The position numbers and the translations under genes are program-made. This document shows, in pieces, positions 1-13,503 of a stretch of DNA of 64,000 bases. The DNA is from Gouania willdenowi (taxonomy: Eukaryota), in contig NC_041060.1 of assembly GCF_900634775.1 (NCBI RefSeq), positions 14,597,051 through 14,661,050 of the forward strand. Reading direction: 5' to 3'. Each line of letters starts with the position of its first letter. The stretch's first letter is position 1. The notes under the pieces are model-generated. The model searched no databases and was not told the origin of the DNA. It worked only from the letters and a program-made list of their open reading frames with translations.

Positions 1-1005
1 GAAAGAAAAGATCTGTAAGAAACTAAAAAACACTAGAGATGTACGATATACCATTATTGTCAAATACTCAATTTCCAATATTACTTTATTAAGTAATTTT
101 CCCCCTGGGATCTGATCCTGACTAACAGATATATACTTTGACCCCCTCCCCCCAAACTTTCGGTCACTTAATATATATCTCCATGGAAATGAAAGGTTGA
201 GCCTACTTTTAATGTGATGCCCGACAGATGTATTCCACATATAAACATAATTTGTGCAAAATAAGAATACTTGTTCAACTTTAGTAATGGAAAATTGCCA
301 TATTTACTTTTAACATTTTACCTTAACCGATAACTCATATTGGTGGAAAAACCTATACCGATGTTATGTTAACCGATATTACATTTTTATTTTTGTTTTT
401 ATTATTTTGGCCAACAACGTTGATGGGCAGATAAAATTCCCCTTCTCTAGAAAACTTTGTGGTACAAAATCAACTAATGACCTCCGGTAAACCTGATAAA
501 TGGCTTTTTTTTTTTTAAATAAATAAAAAAAATACATTATGTATTTACAATTACATAGTGGCTGCAAAAAATATGTTCATTCTTGCTTTAAGGTGACTGT
601 CGGAGTCATGACCCAATCAGCAATTTGGATAAAAATTCAATTTTTAACTGTATGTCTAATTGTCTTTGGAGAAGATATTGATTGAGCCCTGGGTTGCTTT
701 CAACGAAGAATTGGTAGATTATTGTAAAAATAAATAAATAAATGTTATTGTTGTGTAAATATTGGAAATTCATTTGATTCTGGAAATATATGGTATAATA
801 ATAATATATTATTAGTAATGGAAAAAGTTGCAGATATCAACAAGATTACCTCCTTCTACAGATCAATGATTCGATCATTATTTATTTAGTTACATAGTTA
901 TTTATTTAGTTAGTCATTTATTTATTTAGCTATGTATTTATTTTGTTTGTTTATTTGTTAAGGTTTAGTTCCGTTCAGGCGTTCTGCGAGGCCGCCTAAT
1001 GTTGA

Positions 1006-1182
<177 letters not shown>

Positions 1183-2220
1183 TAAGTTTGTGCTTGTTGT
1201 GTTTACAGTTTTAATACGACGCGGCCCTGAATATGAAAGCGCGATAGCTACCAGATGCTAAAAATGCTAACATATGTCTCCTCGTTGCTGAGCTGAAGTC
1301 ACTGATAAATCACTTAGTTTTTTACCTTTAACAGTGCGATACGATTGTCATGCTTTATTTTTGGACACGTCATATGTACAAAAAATAAATAAAAGTTAAA
1401 TAAAAAAAAAAATGCTATTAAAACTTTGTGAGAAGTGTCAAGGTGCCTAAATTAATTATCATTTATTGTTTATTTACATAGCATCCGTGTCTCGCTGTGT
1501 GTGAGGTGTGTACTCACTCAATAGTTCGTTGGTCAGTTGGAATGTTCAAGTCCTGCAGGCTATTCATTGAAAGTTTATTTTTGAATATTTTTTTTATTTT
1601 TTTATTTTTTTTTTTAATGCGTTTATAAATGGCTTTATACAGTGAACGAAATTCACACAACTTTTTACAGTCTTAAAGTCATTTCCAATAATCATTGACT
1701 CTAGTTTATCTGGCTGATTTTACCTATCGATTATTCAACATTGGTCAATACATTTTGTAACTGCTTTTTTGCTTTTGTTATTACAAATTACAACACTGGG
1801 ATAAATGAACTAGCTCATTGTTCAAAATTAAATTTGGCTTTGTTTTTATATCCATGTGTGTTTGAGTTTTGAGGAACTTAATTTTTTTTACATTGTATTC
1901 CAGAAACACACGCTTGACATAGGTTAGCCTTTTCTTATTCATCAGTGGTTTTACGGTCCTTGTGTTGAAAGTTTTATTAATTAAAGTCTCTTTTTTTAAA
2001 TTTAGTAGTGTTTTGATTTTTTTCTTGAGTCTTATAAATGTTTTTATTTCATATCCGGTACATCAGATATTGGCAATTAATTGGTATCGGCCCTAAAACA
2101 TACATATTTCTTGGGCTGTAATTCAAAGGACTAGTGTCACAAGTGTAATCTGAATGTTGTTTTTTTTTTGTTTGTTTAAATCTATTCTGCTCTTTCAAAG
2201 GTTCACTATGAAGGTAGTAG

Positions 2221-3150
2221 CTATCTGTACGTAATAAGTGTCAATGACTGGCAGTCTATCCGTACGCAGCGCCCCTCATTGGCCTGTTTAGGTCACAGGA
2301 TAGGTGCACCATGTGACTTAGTTCCGTCAGTTCTATTTTAGCTAATATTTATTTTTAGCTACCCCACTAAAGTTTTTATTTTAGCCCTATCCCTAACACT
2401 AACCCTTTTACACTCCTTTTTCTCCTTTCATAAACATAAATCATCAGTGAAAAAAGCTGGTGTGATTAGCGGCTAATGCTATCCTAGCTCAGTGCCGACT
2501 TTCAAAGATGAAAACTACAGAGAGAACTTTTACCTGCTACTACCACCTCCTCACTGATTCTCCTCCATGCCAAATCCTTCCTAGTCCGGTCCCAGTTATA
2601 AAGGCCATGTCATACAGCTCCAGGTGGTCACACACAGCTTCTACTCCATGGTTGAATGGGTGAACAGACCTGTGTCCGTGTTGATGGCCTGACGTCATCG
2701 TCAACAAAGACTCTGATTGGCTTTCGTCATGCGACACGGTCGCCGGAGTTCAATATTTTCAACTCTTGCGAATGTGCGGATATGTGTAAAATCGGGAGCG
2801 CGCTCGCACGGCCAACGCTCTTGCTGTGCGGATCGAATTGCACTGCCGCACAGGAAAGATTGTGCATCTGGGACGCATCTATTCATTGACTTTGTATGTA
2901 ATCTGGACATTTCGTGCCGCATCCGGTGTGAACACAGCATAACCCTATCCCTAACCATAAAATTTAAATTTTTTTCGTATATGTATTTTTAAAGGTGGAA
3001 ATTGACATGTTAAATATTTTTAACTGAAAAATTATATTTGTCTAATGCGGGATTCGAACCTACGGCAGCGGGCACATTACGCTTATGTAGAAAAGGTCCT
3101 GCAACGTCATCTTTCGTTCGGATAGGCTGCCGGTATATAGATGGATACAT
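2221..3150 (-). repeat. tRNA-derived SINE-like element (T-arm-like GGGATTCGAACC in reverse orientation) interrupted by a 540-bp insertion at 2405..2943 that is flanked by the 13-bp direct repeat ccctatccctaac
   Basis: A second, uninterrupted copy at 52915..53340 is contiguous across the point where this copy is split. The copy at 53195-53230 has a perfect T-arm (GTGGG TTCGAAT CCCAC), but no complete cloverleaf is present. Confidence 0.55.
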
Positions 3151-3542
3151 ATTATGTACTAGGAGACACTTCCCACTGTCAATGCCTGAAAATAAGTAAG
3201 GCTGCACATAGACTTGGGCAAACGTCTTTTAGAATGCACAATTCATCTTACAAATATTGAAGGGAAATATGCCTGTCATTTTTTTAAAGCTGTTGTCAAT
3301 CTGTTGGACTGGGAATATGTGTGTTTGTGTGATATATTTCCATCAACATGAAAAATGTAATTGGTGTAGAAAGCTGTAGGTTGTACTAACCTGTCAGATT
3401 AGCTGGAGCATTCTGAATAAGATGTTTTGTAAGACAATCATCAGACCAGCATTTTGTAGATGACATAGTGCTTTTGCTGGTATTCACAAAAAACTGTCTT
3501 CAGGTGGACCAAAATTTGCCTAAAGGAAAATTGAGCATTTAT

Positions 3543-4357
3543 TAGGGATGTAACGATTCACTCAACTCCCGATACGATTCGATTCACGATACTGGGTTCA
3601 CGATACGATTCTCTCACGATTTATTTTACAAAATGGGACTGTAGACAAATGACTGAAAATATTCCTTTATTTTTTGGGGGAAAATACTGTGCTATTTTCC
3701 TTTTATTTTTCATTGTCAAAAGAATCCCTTAATAAACTACTCAAAACAATGCAATTTAACTAAAAATAAATCTTGAATGAAATAAATAAAGGAATAATAC
3801 AAATGAAGAAGAAGCCTATTAATTTAAATTCTGGTTCTATAGTAAACAATGCAAAACTGCATAACAGTTATTTTTCTTTTTAAAAGTGCAACTGAAAATG
3901 TATTTTGTGCCTTAACAATTGGACTTTAAAAAAAAAAAAAAAAAAAGTCATTTCGCTGTATTTACGTCAGATATTTGTTTGGACCAGCAGAGGGCGCTGG
4001 TATCCCAGTGGTCGGTTGGCATGCAGAAATTCTTGCAGTGAAGAAGAGATGCTATGCGCTAGCAGACAGAGCTAATAGAAAAACATGACTCTTACAGATA
4101 TTCACGTAATATACAGATATTCTTTCAGTGCTAAAGGGGTAAGGAATAATTTATGAACATGTTTAAGAGTAGAAGGCAGCCAGAAAGAAAGTAGAAGCAG
4201 ATTCCTCCCGCCGCCAACACTTCTGGACAAGAGAAGGATAAATAACGCCCTCTGCTGTTTAAAAAAAGTACTGCGATTCAATTTTCACAGTATTGATGAA
4301 CCGTGATACCTATGAATCGATTTTTGACTGCCTTACGATTGATCGTTACATCCCTAG
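3543..4357 (+). mobile_element. Non-autonomous DNA transposon (MITE-like, about 815 bp) with about 16-bp TIRs tagggatgtaacgatt / aatcgttacatcccta; in CDC73 intron 1
   Basis: Terminal inverted repeats and no coding capacity. A second copy in inverse orientation lies at 12734..13503. Confidence 0.65.
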
Positions 4358-4440
4358 CATTTATTGTATTATTTTTCTTTATTGTTGATCTTTTGAATCA
4401 CCTTTCTAAAATACAATTTTGCTTGTGTTTGTGTGTTTAG

Positions 4441-4546
4441 TACTGGTAAAGAGGGGCAGCCCAAAGAGTACTATACATTGGACTCTATCCTCTTCCTCCT
4501 AAACAATGTACATCTACCACATTCATCCTATGTGCGACGAGCTGCA
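4441..4546 (+). CDS. cdc73: CDC73 exon 2 ([35 protein letters not shown])
   Basis: Acceptor tgtgtttag; the frame continues from exon 1 (gg+t = Gly); donor gtgagt. Confidence 0.88.
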
Positions 4547-5262
4547 GTGAGTATTCCACTCTTGGTCATGTTTGTGGATTGATAATGCAGTGGCACTTGG
4601 TTTTCAAGTTCCTGAGCTGTTTTTGTTACGTTTTTTACATTAAGCTTCGGCGATGCTCAACAAGGTTTAACTGTTTAGTTACCCAGTGTAATTTCATAGG
4701 ATGGAAAGGAAGGCCATTAATGCAAATGTTGGTAAAGAAAGACTTCTTTAATGAAACATTAGGGAACTTTTAGATAGCATTTTCATTTTTTAATTCTCTT
4801 TCATCTGGTTCTTGCTAATTTTCCTTTGAATTTTCCACCTCTGCATATTTTGTTTTGTTTTTTTTAGCTCCTAACATGACACAAAACACTTTATTAGATA
4901 TCTTTACAAAACAAATGCTACAGACATGTTTCATCTTATCGTTGTCTCGCCAGACAATGTTTTTCTTCCTGTTCCCATTTAGCTAGTAGAACAAAGGTTC
5001 TAAATACTAAAGCTGTGCTTGGACATTTTGTACATTTATGTGAAAAGCCCCTTTTTATGTTGTTTAACCCCCTCCTTTTCTTTGCCAAATGAAGAAATTT
5101 AACCCCATCGCTTCTAAATTTAAAGTCACAGAATCAAAAATGACATCCTATTGATTCAATATATGTTTTTTTGGGGGGCAATATCAACCTTTAAACTTCT
5201 CTGTGTTTGTAACTGTTCTTTTCATTTTCACGTGATTGCCTTGGAAATGTTTGTGTTTATAG

Positions 5263-5329
5263 ACAGAGAACATCCCTGTTGTCAGACGACCTGATCGAAA
5301 GGGCTTGCTCGCCTATCTCAATGGAGATA
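5263..5329 (+). CDS. cdc73: CDC73 exon 3 (TENIPVVRRPDRKGLLAYLNGD), unusual donor GTTGTAAGT
   Basis: Acceptor tttatag. Frame continuity requires the donor at GT 5330-5331, so the 3' boundary may be off by 1-2 nt. Confidence 0.7.
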
Positions 5330-5463
5330 GTTGTAAGTTGTAATTTCATTTTTTTTTCAGCCTAGTTTTTGATATATTATAAAATATATACTGTATATTA
5401 ATTGAATAATAATTTTTTATATTGAAAAAGCCTTGTGCATTAATATCTTTTCTTCTTGTACAG

Positions 5464-5526
5464 CCACGTCAACGAGTATCGACAGAAGTGCGCCTATTGA
5501 AATTGGGTTGCAAAGGCCTACACAGG
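5464..5526 (+). CDS. cdc73: CDC73 exon 4 (TSTSIDRSAPIEIGLQRPTQ)
   Basis: Acceptor ttgtacag, donor gtaagt; matches the conserved SIDRSAP.EIGLQR block. Confidence 0.8.
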
Positions 5527-5608
5527 GTAAGTCCAATTTGTTCAGTTTAGTTTTTGTGTATTTCAGGAACACAGTTAGATTAACCTCAAAGTGTTTTTGC
5601 TTCTGCAG

Positions 5609-5661
5609 TCAAACGAGCAGCTGATGAAGTGTCTTCTGAAGCCAAAAGGCCAAGAATTGAG
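5609..5661 (+). CDS. cdc73: CDC73 exon 5 (VKRAADEVSSEAKRPRIE)
   Basis: Acceptor ttctgcag; phase-1 join gives Val; donor gttaac. Confidence 0.8.
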
Positions 5662-6828
5662 GTTAACCTTTTGAATATATATACATTACCAGTGACTTGA
5701 AGCTATGAATAATCCCAAAACATATGACCGTATTTTCCGCCACATAGGTTGCTTTTTTTTTTTTTTTTTTTTCTCATTTGAATTTCAAGGTGCAGCCAAT
5801 AAAGCAGCGAGCTTTGTGTGGATTATTTCAGTCTGCACACACGTGTCCAGGGTTTCCCTGGAGGCAGAACTGCGTACTTAACGTCATTTCTGCTGCAGGG
5901 ACGTTGCCGTGAACAAACGTTTAAAAACGAGCTTCGGAACAACTTTATTAATGCAGGATGGATGAGACGTGCGTCTTAGTCAGAACGTTGTTCGAGTTGA
6001 AGGGAAATTACGAATGACTGCAGATTTCATATGTTTGTTATTTGTTTCCATTCTATATTTCTAAAATAAGGTGTATGCTTAAATAAAAAGCAAATACTGG
6101 TAGTAAGTTAAAGTTTCTGGATGGGAGCGGTGCAGGTGCGTATGCATTTGCAGTAAGAAGAGCATAAATTGTAGAATACTGTAGATATTATGTAACCAGT
6201 TGGTTAATAATAAATGAGTCAGTTTTTCGCATACCTACTGTTGCTGTCATGGAAGCTTTTTCTAACATTCTACACTACAAAATAAGTAATTATATTTTTT
6301 TATTAAAGAAAAGAGAGAGAGGAAAGAAAAAAAAATTCCCCCAAAAAAAGTGTATGATTCATGCTCGCATCGGATCAATATCAGTATCGGCTGATACGCA
6401 AGACTGCAATATTGCTATCATTACGGAAATGAAAAAGTTGTATCGGGACATCCCTAATAAGAACTGACCATTAAAAGCTGTAAGTACACTGATATGCAGA
6501 CATGGGCCAGTGAGGAGATGACTTCACGTGTAGATGGAAACTCATCAGTTGAAACTCCAGAATACACAGAAATTCAACCCAAACTGACACGTTCTGATTG
6601 GCTGAGTTGTTTGAAGGGTTCATCGGCCAATAGAGTGCGACTTATGTGACAGAGCGGCCTTTACTTAGATTTTCCTTCGAAAATAGCAAAGTCCTGGGAA
6701 AGCGGCAAAAACAGCAGTGTACTCTATAGCCGGAAAATACGGCACAAGGTTCAGCACTTAAACAATACATAACCTTTGAGAGATTTGTGGTTCTTTGCTA
6801 ATGATGTAAATGTTGCTTTACCTTAAAG

Positions 6829-6917
6829 GATGAGGAGCGTGTGCGTCTGGACAAAGAGCGCCTGGCTGCTCGTCTGGAGGGCCACAAAGAGGGCATCGTA
6901 CAGACTGACCAGATCAG
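6829..6917 (+). CDS. cdc73: CDC73 exon 6 ([29 protein letters not shown])
   Basis: Acceptor ccttaaag, donor gtatca; highly conserved block. Confidence 0.88.
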
Positions 6918-7023
6918 GTATCAAACTTTGCGTAGACTGTGAACTTGTACTTGTTACTAGAATTGAAGTGTCTGTTCATTAAAATTACTAAGTAAATGGT
7001 TGTTTTGACTTTCATTTCTGTAG

Positions 7024-7398
<375 letters not shown>

Positions 7399-8041
7399 TA
7401 ATGTCACCCCTTGGTTTGCCAATGTAGTGTATTTCACGTTGCTATGATGGCTCAACTGGTCCTTATTTAGATGTAATCGATTAAATTGACACCCAATGTT
7501 TTATTTTTATTAAAATTTCACATTTTTATTATGATTTTTGATTAAAGTAACAAACATTTGACATCAGCTATAAAACTATTACTTGGAAAAGGTTACATTT
7601 TAAGTGATAATCTATTTTATAGACACAGATTTTAACAACAACATTTAGAGAACGTTTACCAATGATCAGATAAAGATGCCTGCAAAACAGCAGTTCTACA
7701 ACAAAAGTAGTTAAATATAGGAAAGGAGGTGTATTATCATGAGTTTTAAAGGCCAATTGATGAACTGAGCTGAAAAGGCTTGTTTTGTTGTTGTCAAGAC
7801 AACGTTTTAAAAATATATTTATCAACCACTAGATGGCGGCAAAACACATGTAATTTTTTTCTATTTTGGCTTGATGATGTCTGCAAAAAACTGAACGGGA
7901 TATGGTTTGTCTTATAAACATTGCAGTAACTTAAATTTTAATTTAGTGAATCAAGGATCTTTGGCTATGCAATCCTTTCCCAATCAAACCTTTTTCCACA
8001 GATCAATTGTTTAATCTAAGGATGTCTATCCTGTGTTGCAG

Positions 8042-8140
8042 AATTTTTCAAAGAACATCTTTGCCATCCTTCAGTCGGTGAAAGCCAGAGAAGAAGGGCG
8101 AGCTCCAGAGCAAAGACCAGCGCAAAACACCACTCAAGTG
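8042..8140 (+). CDS. cdc73: CDC73 exon 8 ([33 protein letters not shown])
   Basis: Acceptor gtgttgcag, donor gtaaat. Confidence 0.88.
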
Positions 8141-8862
8141 GTAAATATGGCGTCTCCACATATTTCGATCTGTTCACTTAAAAAATAACTCCATATGATT
8201 AAGCTTCTACTTGACTGTAGTTGTAAAGGGATAATCTGTTAACTGATTCACTGCCAGCCACATTCAGAGCAGCCAACCCCATATTGGCCAGCGTTTTAGA
8301 TGATTTTCACTGATCTTTCAATACCAGTTCTGAAAGATTAAAGTCTCTACTTTCATCAGAATTTTTTATTTGTTTCTAGCTTGTTTTAATCATCAGCAGT
8401 TGAGTAGAGGCAAGTTTTACACAAATTGCCTGTTTCTGACATAAAGCTAGTGACTTTGAAGCAATTGTTTTTTTGCTTAGGGACACCTCAACATTGATTT
8501 TCTTCTATAAACTACAAAAAAAACACGGAGACTGGACTTTGGATGGCAAAATTCTTATTATTTTGCCATCTGAGTGAGAGTTGAATGGTTTGCTTACTGT
8601 ATTTTGGCCTTTATCCAAATATCTCCCACCGTCAGACTGCACCGATGCCACTTCCTCCTTGACCCTTTTTTTAATCTTATTTCCTCATGATCACGACACT
8701 CTCAATAATCTTTACGTGGTAGTTGCATAAGGTTTTACTGCACCCGTTCTCGTTGAAAAACATAATTGAGGGTCATTAGCAGTCAACGTTACTAAACCAA
8801 ATGACATCTTTAGACAATGGCAGTCAATGAGTGAAACAACTGTCTTTGTTTTACCTTTCCAG

Positions 8863-8941
8863 GATCCGTCACTAAGGAACAAGCAGCCTGTCCCTGCTGC
8901 TTATAACAGATACGATCAGGAGCGATTCAAAGGAAAAGAAG
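8863..8941 (+). CDS. cdc73: CDC73 exon 9 ([26 protein letters not shown])
   Basis: Acceptor cctttccag, donor gtgaat. Confidence 0.88.
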
Positions 8942-9740
8942 GTGAATGTGCTTTTTTCACTTTTTCTTACATAAATCTGTTTTGTTCTGTGACTCAAATT
9001 TTTTTTCATTTTACAGTAATATTCCACTGTATGTTTCATTGTCCTAATACATAATAAGTCACTCTTTTATTTGCAAACTTTTGTCATTGAAAACAATGTC
9101 AGTGACTTCTGTATAGCAAGAAAACATTACAGTAAATGTGTGTGCATTGTTTTATAAGATATAAGATTTGTTTTCATATATATATATATAATAGTGAATA
9201 CCTTTTCATATACACTACCGGTCAAAAGTTTTAGAACACCACACTTTTTCCAGTTTTTTACTTAAATTAAATTATTAAAATATTCAGTTTATTGTGTCAT
9301 TGCACTCTGAAATGAAAGCATAGAACAAATAAGCAATTTGAGTTGAATGGGATGGAATCAATTTATAGACCATAATTTATTCTAAACTTTTGACTCAAAG
9401 TAGTCACTTTTTGCAGATATAACGGCTGAACACACACGTGGCATGCATTCAATAAAAGTTGGAACACCTGTAGGAATTAGTAGCACCATCTTTCAAGGCT
9501 GATTCAACCTTCAGTGCTGCAGAACAGATTTAAATTTTTAACCCACTTTGTGTTACCTGAAAAAGGCCTATTTGTACAATTCTGAAATGTACATTTTTTT
9601 TCAGTTTTGGGTAACCAAACCTTTTTTTAGCCTCTGTCTGTTCAGTACTTAGTTTTGTACCATTTCAAGCTATTCATTGGACTTGCACGACTTAAAGTGC
9701 AAGAAATAAATGGAAAAATTAGGGTTTTCGAAAACTTTTG

Positions 9741-9748
9741 ATCGGTAG

Positions 9749-9779
<31 letters not shown>

Positions 9780-9795
9780 GTATATATATATATAG
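9741..9795. repeat. (TG)n/(TA)n microsatellite
   Basis: gtgtgtgtgtgtgtgtgtgtgtatgtatgtgtatatatatatatag. Confidence 0.9.
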
Positions 9796-9798
9796 TGA

Positions 9799-10350
<552 letters not shown>

Positions 10351-10784
10351 TGATAACCTGTTGTGATGTTCCAAGTCAACAGAGCCTCAATATAACATGT
10401 CTGCTGACAGCCAGTTGTTGTTTTTTAATCAGTAAAATGCTGCACTAAAAGATGCACAAGCCCTTTTGATGTAACAAAATAGAGGCAAATGTTTTTTTCC
10501 CTACAATTTTAAAAGAAAAATCTCAAGAGTACTGAAAGAAAAAAAAAAAAACATTTATTTGATGATAGTCGGCAACAATCACAGCAACTGATGTTAGGTT
10601 ACAACTATTGTCTGACTGCTTTGACTGTTCTTTTCTGCGTTGTGTACCCTGTGACCTTTACCTTTATAATATACTTCATATGTATTCCAAGAAAAGATGT
10701 TGTCACAAATGAAACAAAAGCTTTCAAAGATACTGATTTGATTTTGCCAATAATTACACAAAATTACAATTACTCTATTTATTT

Positions 10785-12062
10785 TCACTGAGAGTCTGCA
10801 TTCATTGTTTCTCCATTCATTCTGTTTGAATGAAGCCTTCCTGCTCTTTTTTTAAATGCGTTGATGCAGGCATTACTTTTGTTGCCCTGAAGATGGTGCC
10901 AATACTTGAGTAGTTCGTTGGGGTGAAACCCATGGGATGTTATCAGATGGCTGTACTTGCAGCTGGAGTAAGACACTCGCCAGTGGTTGAACAAGAACTC
11001 ATTGGGGGGAGGTGTGGGCTCGATTCCTAGTTTGGCCAGGCATATCCCCACATACACATCTTCCAGGTGAAGGTGGCGGACAGTGAGGGATGCTCGATAG
11101 ATTTTTCTGGCCAAGTCTCCTGAGAAGACGTAGCCAGTCCCAGAGCAGAAGGTGGGGTATTTGTCACCGGGGTAATGTTCAGGGGGCATGTACCATTTGC
11201 TCTTTTTGTTCCTGTTGGGTGCAAAGCCTCTCATGTTGTTGCCTGTGAAGTAGTTCTTCTTGGGCTTCAGCTCTGGATGGAGCAGCTTGTGAATGAGATA
11301 CTCAGTGTTGACGAACACGTCACTGTCAGTTTTCATGACGTAGCTGACCTGTGGGCAGTGCATGGCCACCCAGTTCATTCCCATTAATGTTTTAATGGTC
11401 AGGTTTTTGTAAGAATCTAAAAAGTCCTGTTGAATGATGTCATGATGGCGCCGGCTCTCTGTTTGGAGCATCTTCTGCTGCAGAAGTCCCAGTTCTCCAT
11501 CTTTTTTTCCCAGCAAAAAAATCCGAATGATTCCCAGCGCTGAGACAACACTCTCGTTCCCCCAGGTCAAACGTATGGCGTTCCTTGCCTCTACCTGCCT
11601 CGCCTCGGTCGCAATCAGCAACACCAGAAAGGGAGTGGCTCTGTTTTTTGCACATTTGTTGGGCTCATTGATAATATAGGGAAAAGGTCCGTGGTTTATA
11701 GTTCCCCCAAAGCCTTCCTGTTCAGTAATGCTTGTATTAGCAGCCAGAGGGTCCTCAAAGCTCAGCCCTGTTTGTTGGTAGAGGGCACCCACGTTTTCAG
11801 GAGAGGTCACATTATTGTCAGCTAGGGAAGTTGGTCGAGGAATGATCACAAACCTCCACGCTGAACGGTGGCCACTTGTGTTCCATTTTGCTCTTGTAAT
11901 ATGAAGTCCGCCATACACCACAGGGTGACCTTTCCATCTTGGCATGCCAGTGGATCTAGGCAGCCACACCTGGTGGACCAGAAACACCAGTACCCCCAAA
12001 AAAGAGAGGAGATAAAATAGTTTCACCGCATGTGTACAGCAGTGCCGGCGTCTCCACTGCAT
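10785..12062 (-). CDS. b3galt2: Beta-1,3-galactosyltransferase 2 (B3GALT2), single coding exon, 425 aa, nested antisense in CDC73 intron 10
   Basis: Intact 425-aa ORF with an N-terminal type-II signal-anchor and the GT31 family motifs (IRxTWG, DxD-region EDVYVGICL, YPxFCSGTGYVFSGD). B3GALT2 nested in a CDC73 intron is the known mammalian arrangement. Confidence 0.92.
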   Translation of the reverse strand: MQWRRRHCCTHAVKLFYLLSFLGVLVFLVHQVWLPRSTGMPRWKGHPVVYGGLHITRAKWNTSGHRSAWRFVIIPRPTSLADNNVTSPENVGALYQQTGLSFEDPLAANTSITEQEGFGGTINHGPFPYIINEPNKCAKNRATPFLVLLIATEARQVEARNAIRLTWGNESVVSALGIIRIFLLGKKDGELGLLQQKMLQTESRRHHDIIQQDFLDSYKNLTIKTLMGMNWVAMHCPQVSYVMKTDSDVFVNTEYLIHKLLHPELKPKKNYFTGNNMRGFAPNRNKKSKWYMPPEHYPGDKYPTFCSGTGYVFSGDLARKIYRASLTVRHLHLEDVYVGICLAKLGIEPTPPPNEFLFNHWRVSYSSCKYSHLITSHGFHPNELLKYWHHLQGNKSNACINAFKKRAGRLHSNRMNGETMNADSQ

Positions 12063-12733
12063 GGTTTTGACGTAATAATAATTGTCTCAGAAAGCTATCA
12101 CTCAATGCCTGAGATGAATAGCTTTTGTCCAACCCTGCAGGTGTATGTTACATCCATCGACGGAGTACACCTGAAGTCCTGGAATCACCTATAAGACAGA
12201 GAAATACAGACAATTTATTTGAATGATAGGAAAACAATCCTTTCTTTTAACAACTAAATAAACTCAAGTTATGTGACACCTTAATTTAATAATGTGTACA
12301 GCTTATAGTACTATTGACTTCACTGTTGAAATGCGCTAACCTGGTCATCATTTGATAGATTTCTATTTATTCTTGCTAAAAGAAGGTTGAGAATGAAGCC
12401 ACTTAGGTTGTGCTGATAGCAGAGTTGGGGTCAATTACACTTTTTCAATTACATTTCTCAATTTCAATTTCTCAATTACTAAATTTCAATTACAATATTG
12501 CTAACTTTTATTCATATAGTGTTGTGATGATTGTATGTGGTTCTGTATTTGTATGCTGTAGTTTTATCATTTTTACATTTTACTGCATTAATTATAATAG
12601 CTTGTGTAAAAGCCCAACTAGGGAGAAAAGGTTGAATTGAGCATTAGCTATAAACACTTTGTACAAAACATCAGTTACATTCACACTATTGCTACTCTGT
12701 AAAATTGTATTGTATCGTTAAATCTATCATATG

Positions 12734-13503
12734 TAGGGATGTAACAATTAATCGTAAGGCAGTTAAAAATCGATTCATAGGTATCACGGTTGATATTGAT
12801 TGATCGCAGTACTTTTTTTAACCAGCAGCGGGCAAGTGTACAAGTGTAGGCGGCGGGCGGAGTCTGCTAATACTTTCTTTCTGGCCGCCTTCTACTCTTA
12901 AACATGTTAATAAATGATTCATTGCCCCTTTAGCACCGAAAGAATATCTGTAATATTACTTGAATATCTGTAAAAGTCACGTTTTTCTATTAGCTCTGTC
13001 TGCTAGCATAGCTTCTCTTCTTCACTGCAAGAATTTCTGCATGCCAACCGACCACTGTGTTACCAGCGCCCTCTGCTGGTCCAAACAAATATGACGTAAA
13101 TCAGTGTAATCACGTTTTTTTTTTTTTTAAAGTCCAATTGTTAAGGCACAAAATACATTTTCAGTTGCACTTTTAAAAAGAAAAAGAACTATTATGCAGT
13201 TTTGCATTGTTTATTATAGAACCAGAATTTAAATTAATAGGCTTCATTTTCATTTCTATTATTCCTTTATTTATTTCATTCAAGATTTATTTTTAGTTAA
13301 ATTGCATTGTTTTGAATAGTTTATCAAGGGATTCTTTTGACAATGAAATATAAAAGGAAAATAATACAGTATTTTCTAGTTTTTTCCCCAAAAAAATTTG
13401 TCTACATTCCCATTTTGTAAAATAAATCGTGAGAGAATCATATCGTGAACCCAGTATCGTGAATCAAATCGTATCGGGAGTTGAGTGAATCGTTACATCC
13501 CTA
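12734..13503 (-). mobile_element. Second copy of the same MITE-like element, inverted relative to 3543..4357; in CDC73 intron 10, about 670 bp upstream of the B3GALT2 start codon
   Basis: Reverse-complement near-identity to 3543..4357, including both TIRs. Confidence 0.65.

Noticed and set aside
3040-3135. tRNA gene call (GGGATTCGAACC T-arm-like motif on the minus strand; a better T-arm at 53195-53230)
   Set aside because: No acceptor or D/anticodon stems can be drawn. Both occurrences sit inside a larger repeated unit, so it was called a tRNA-derived SINE instead.
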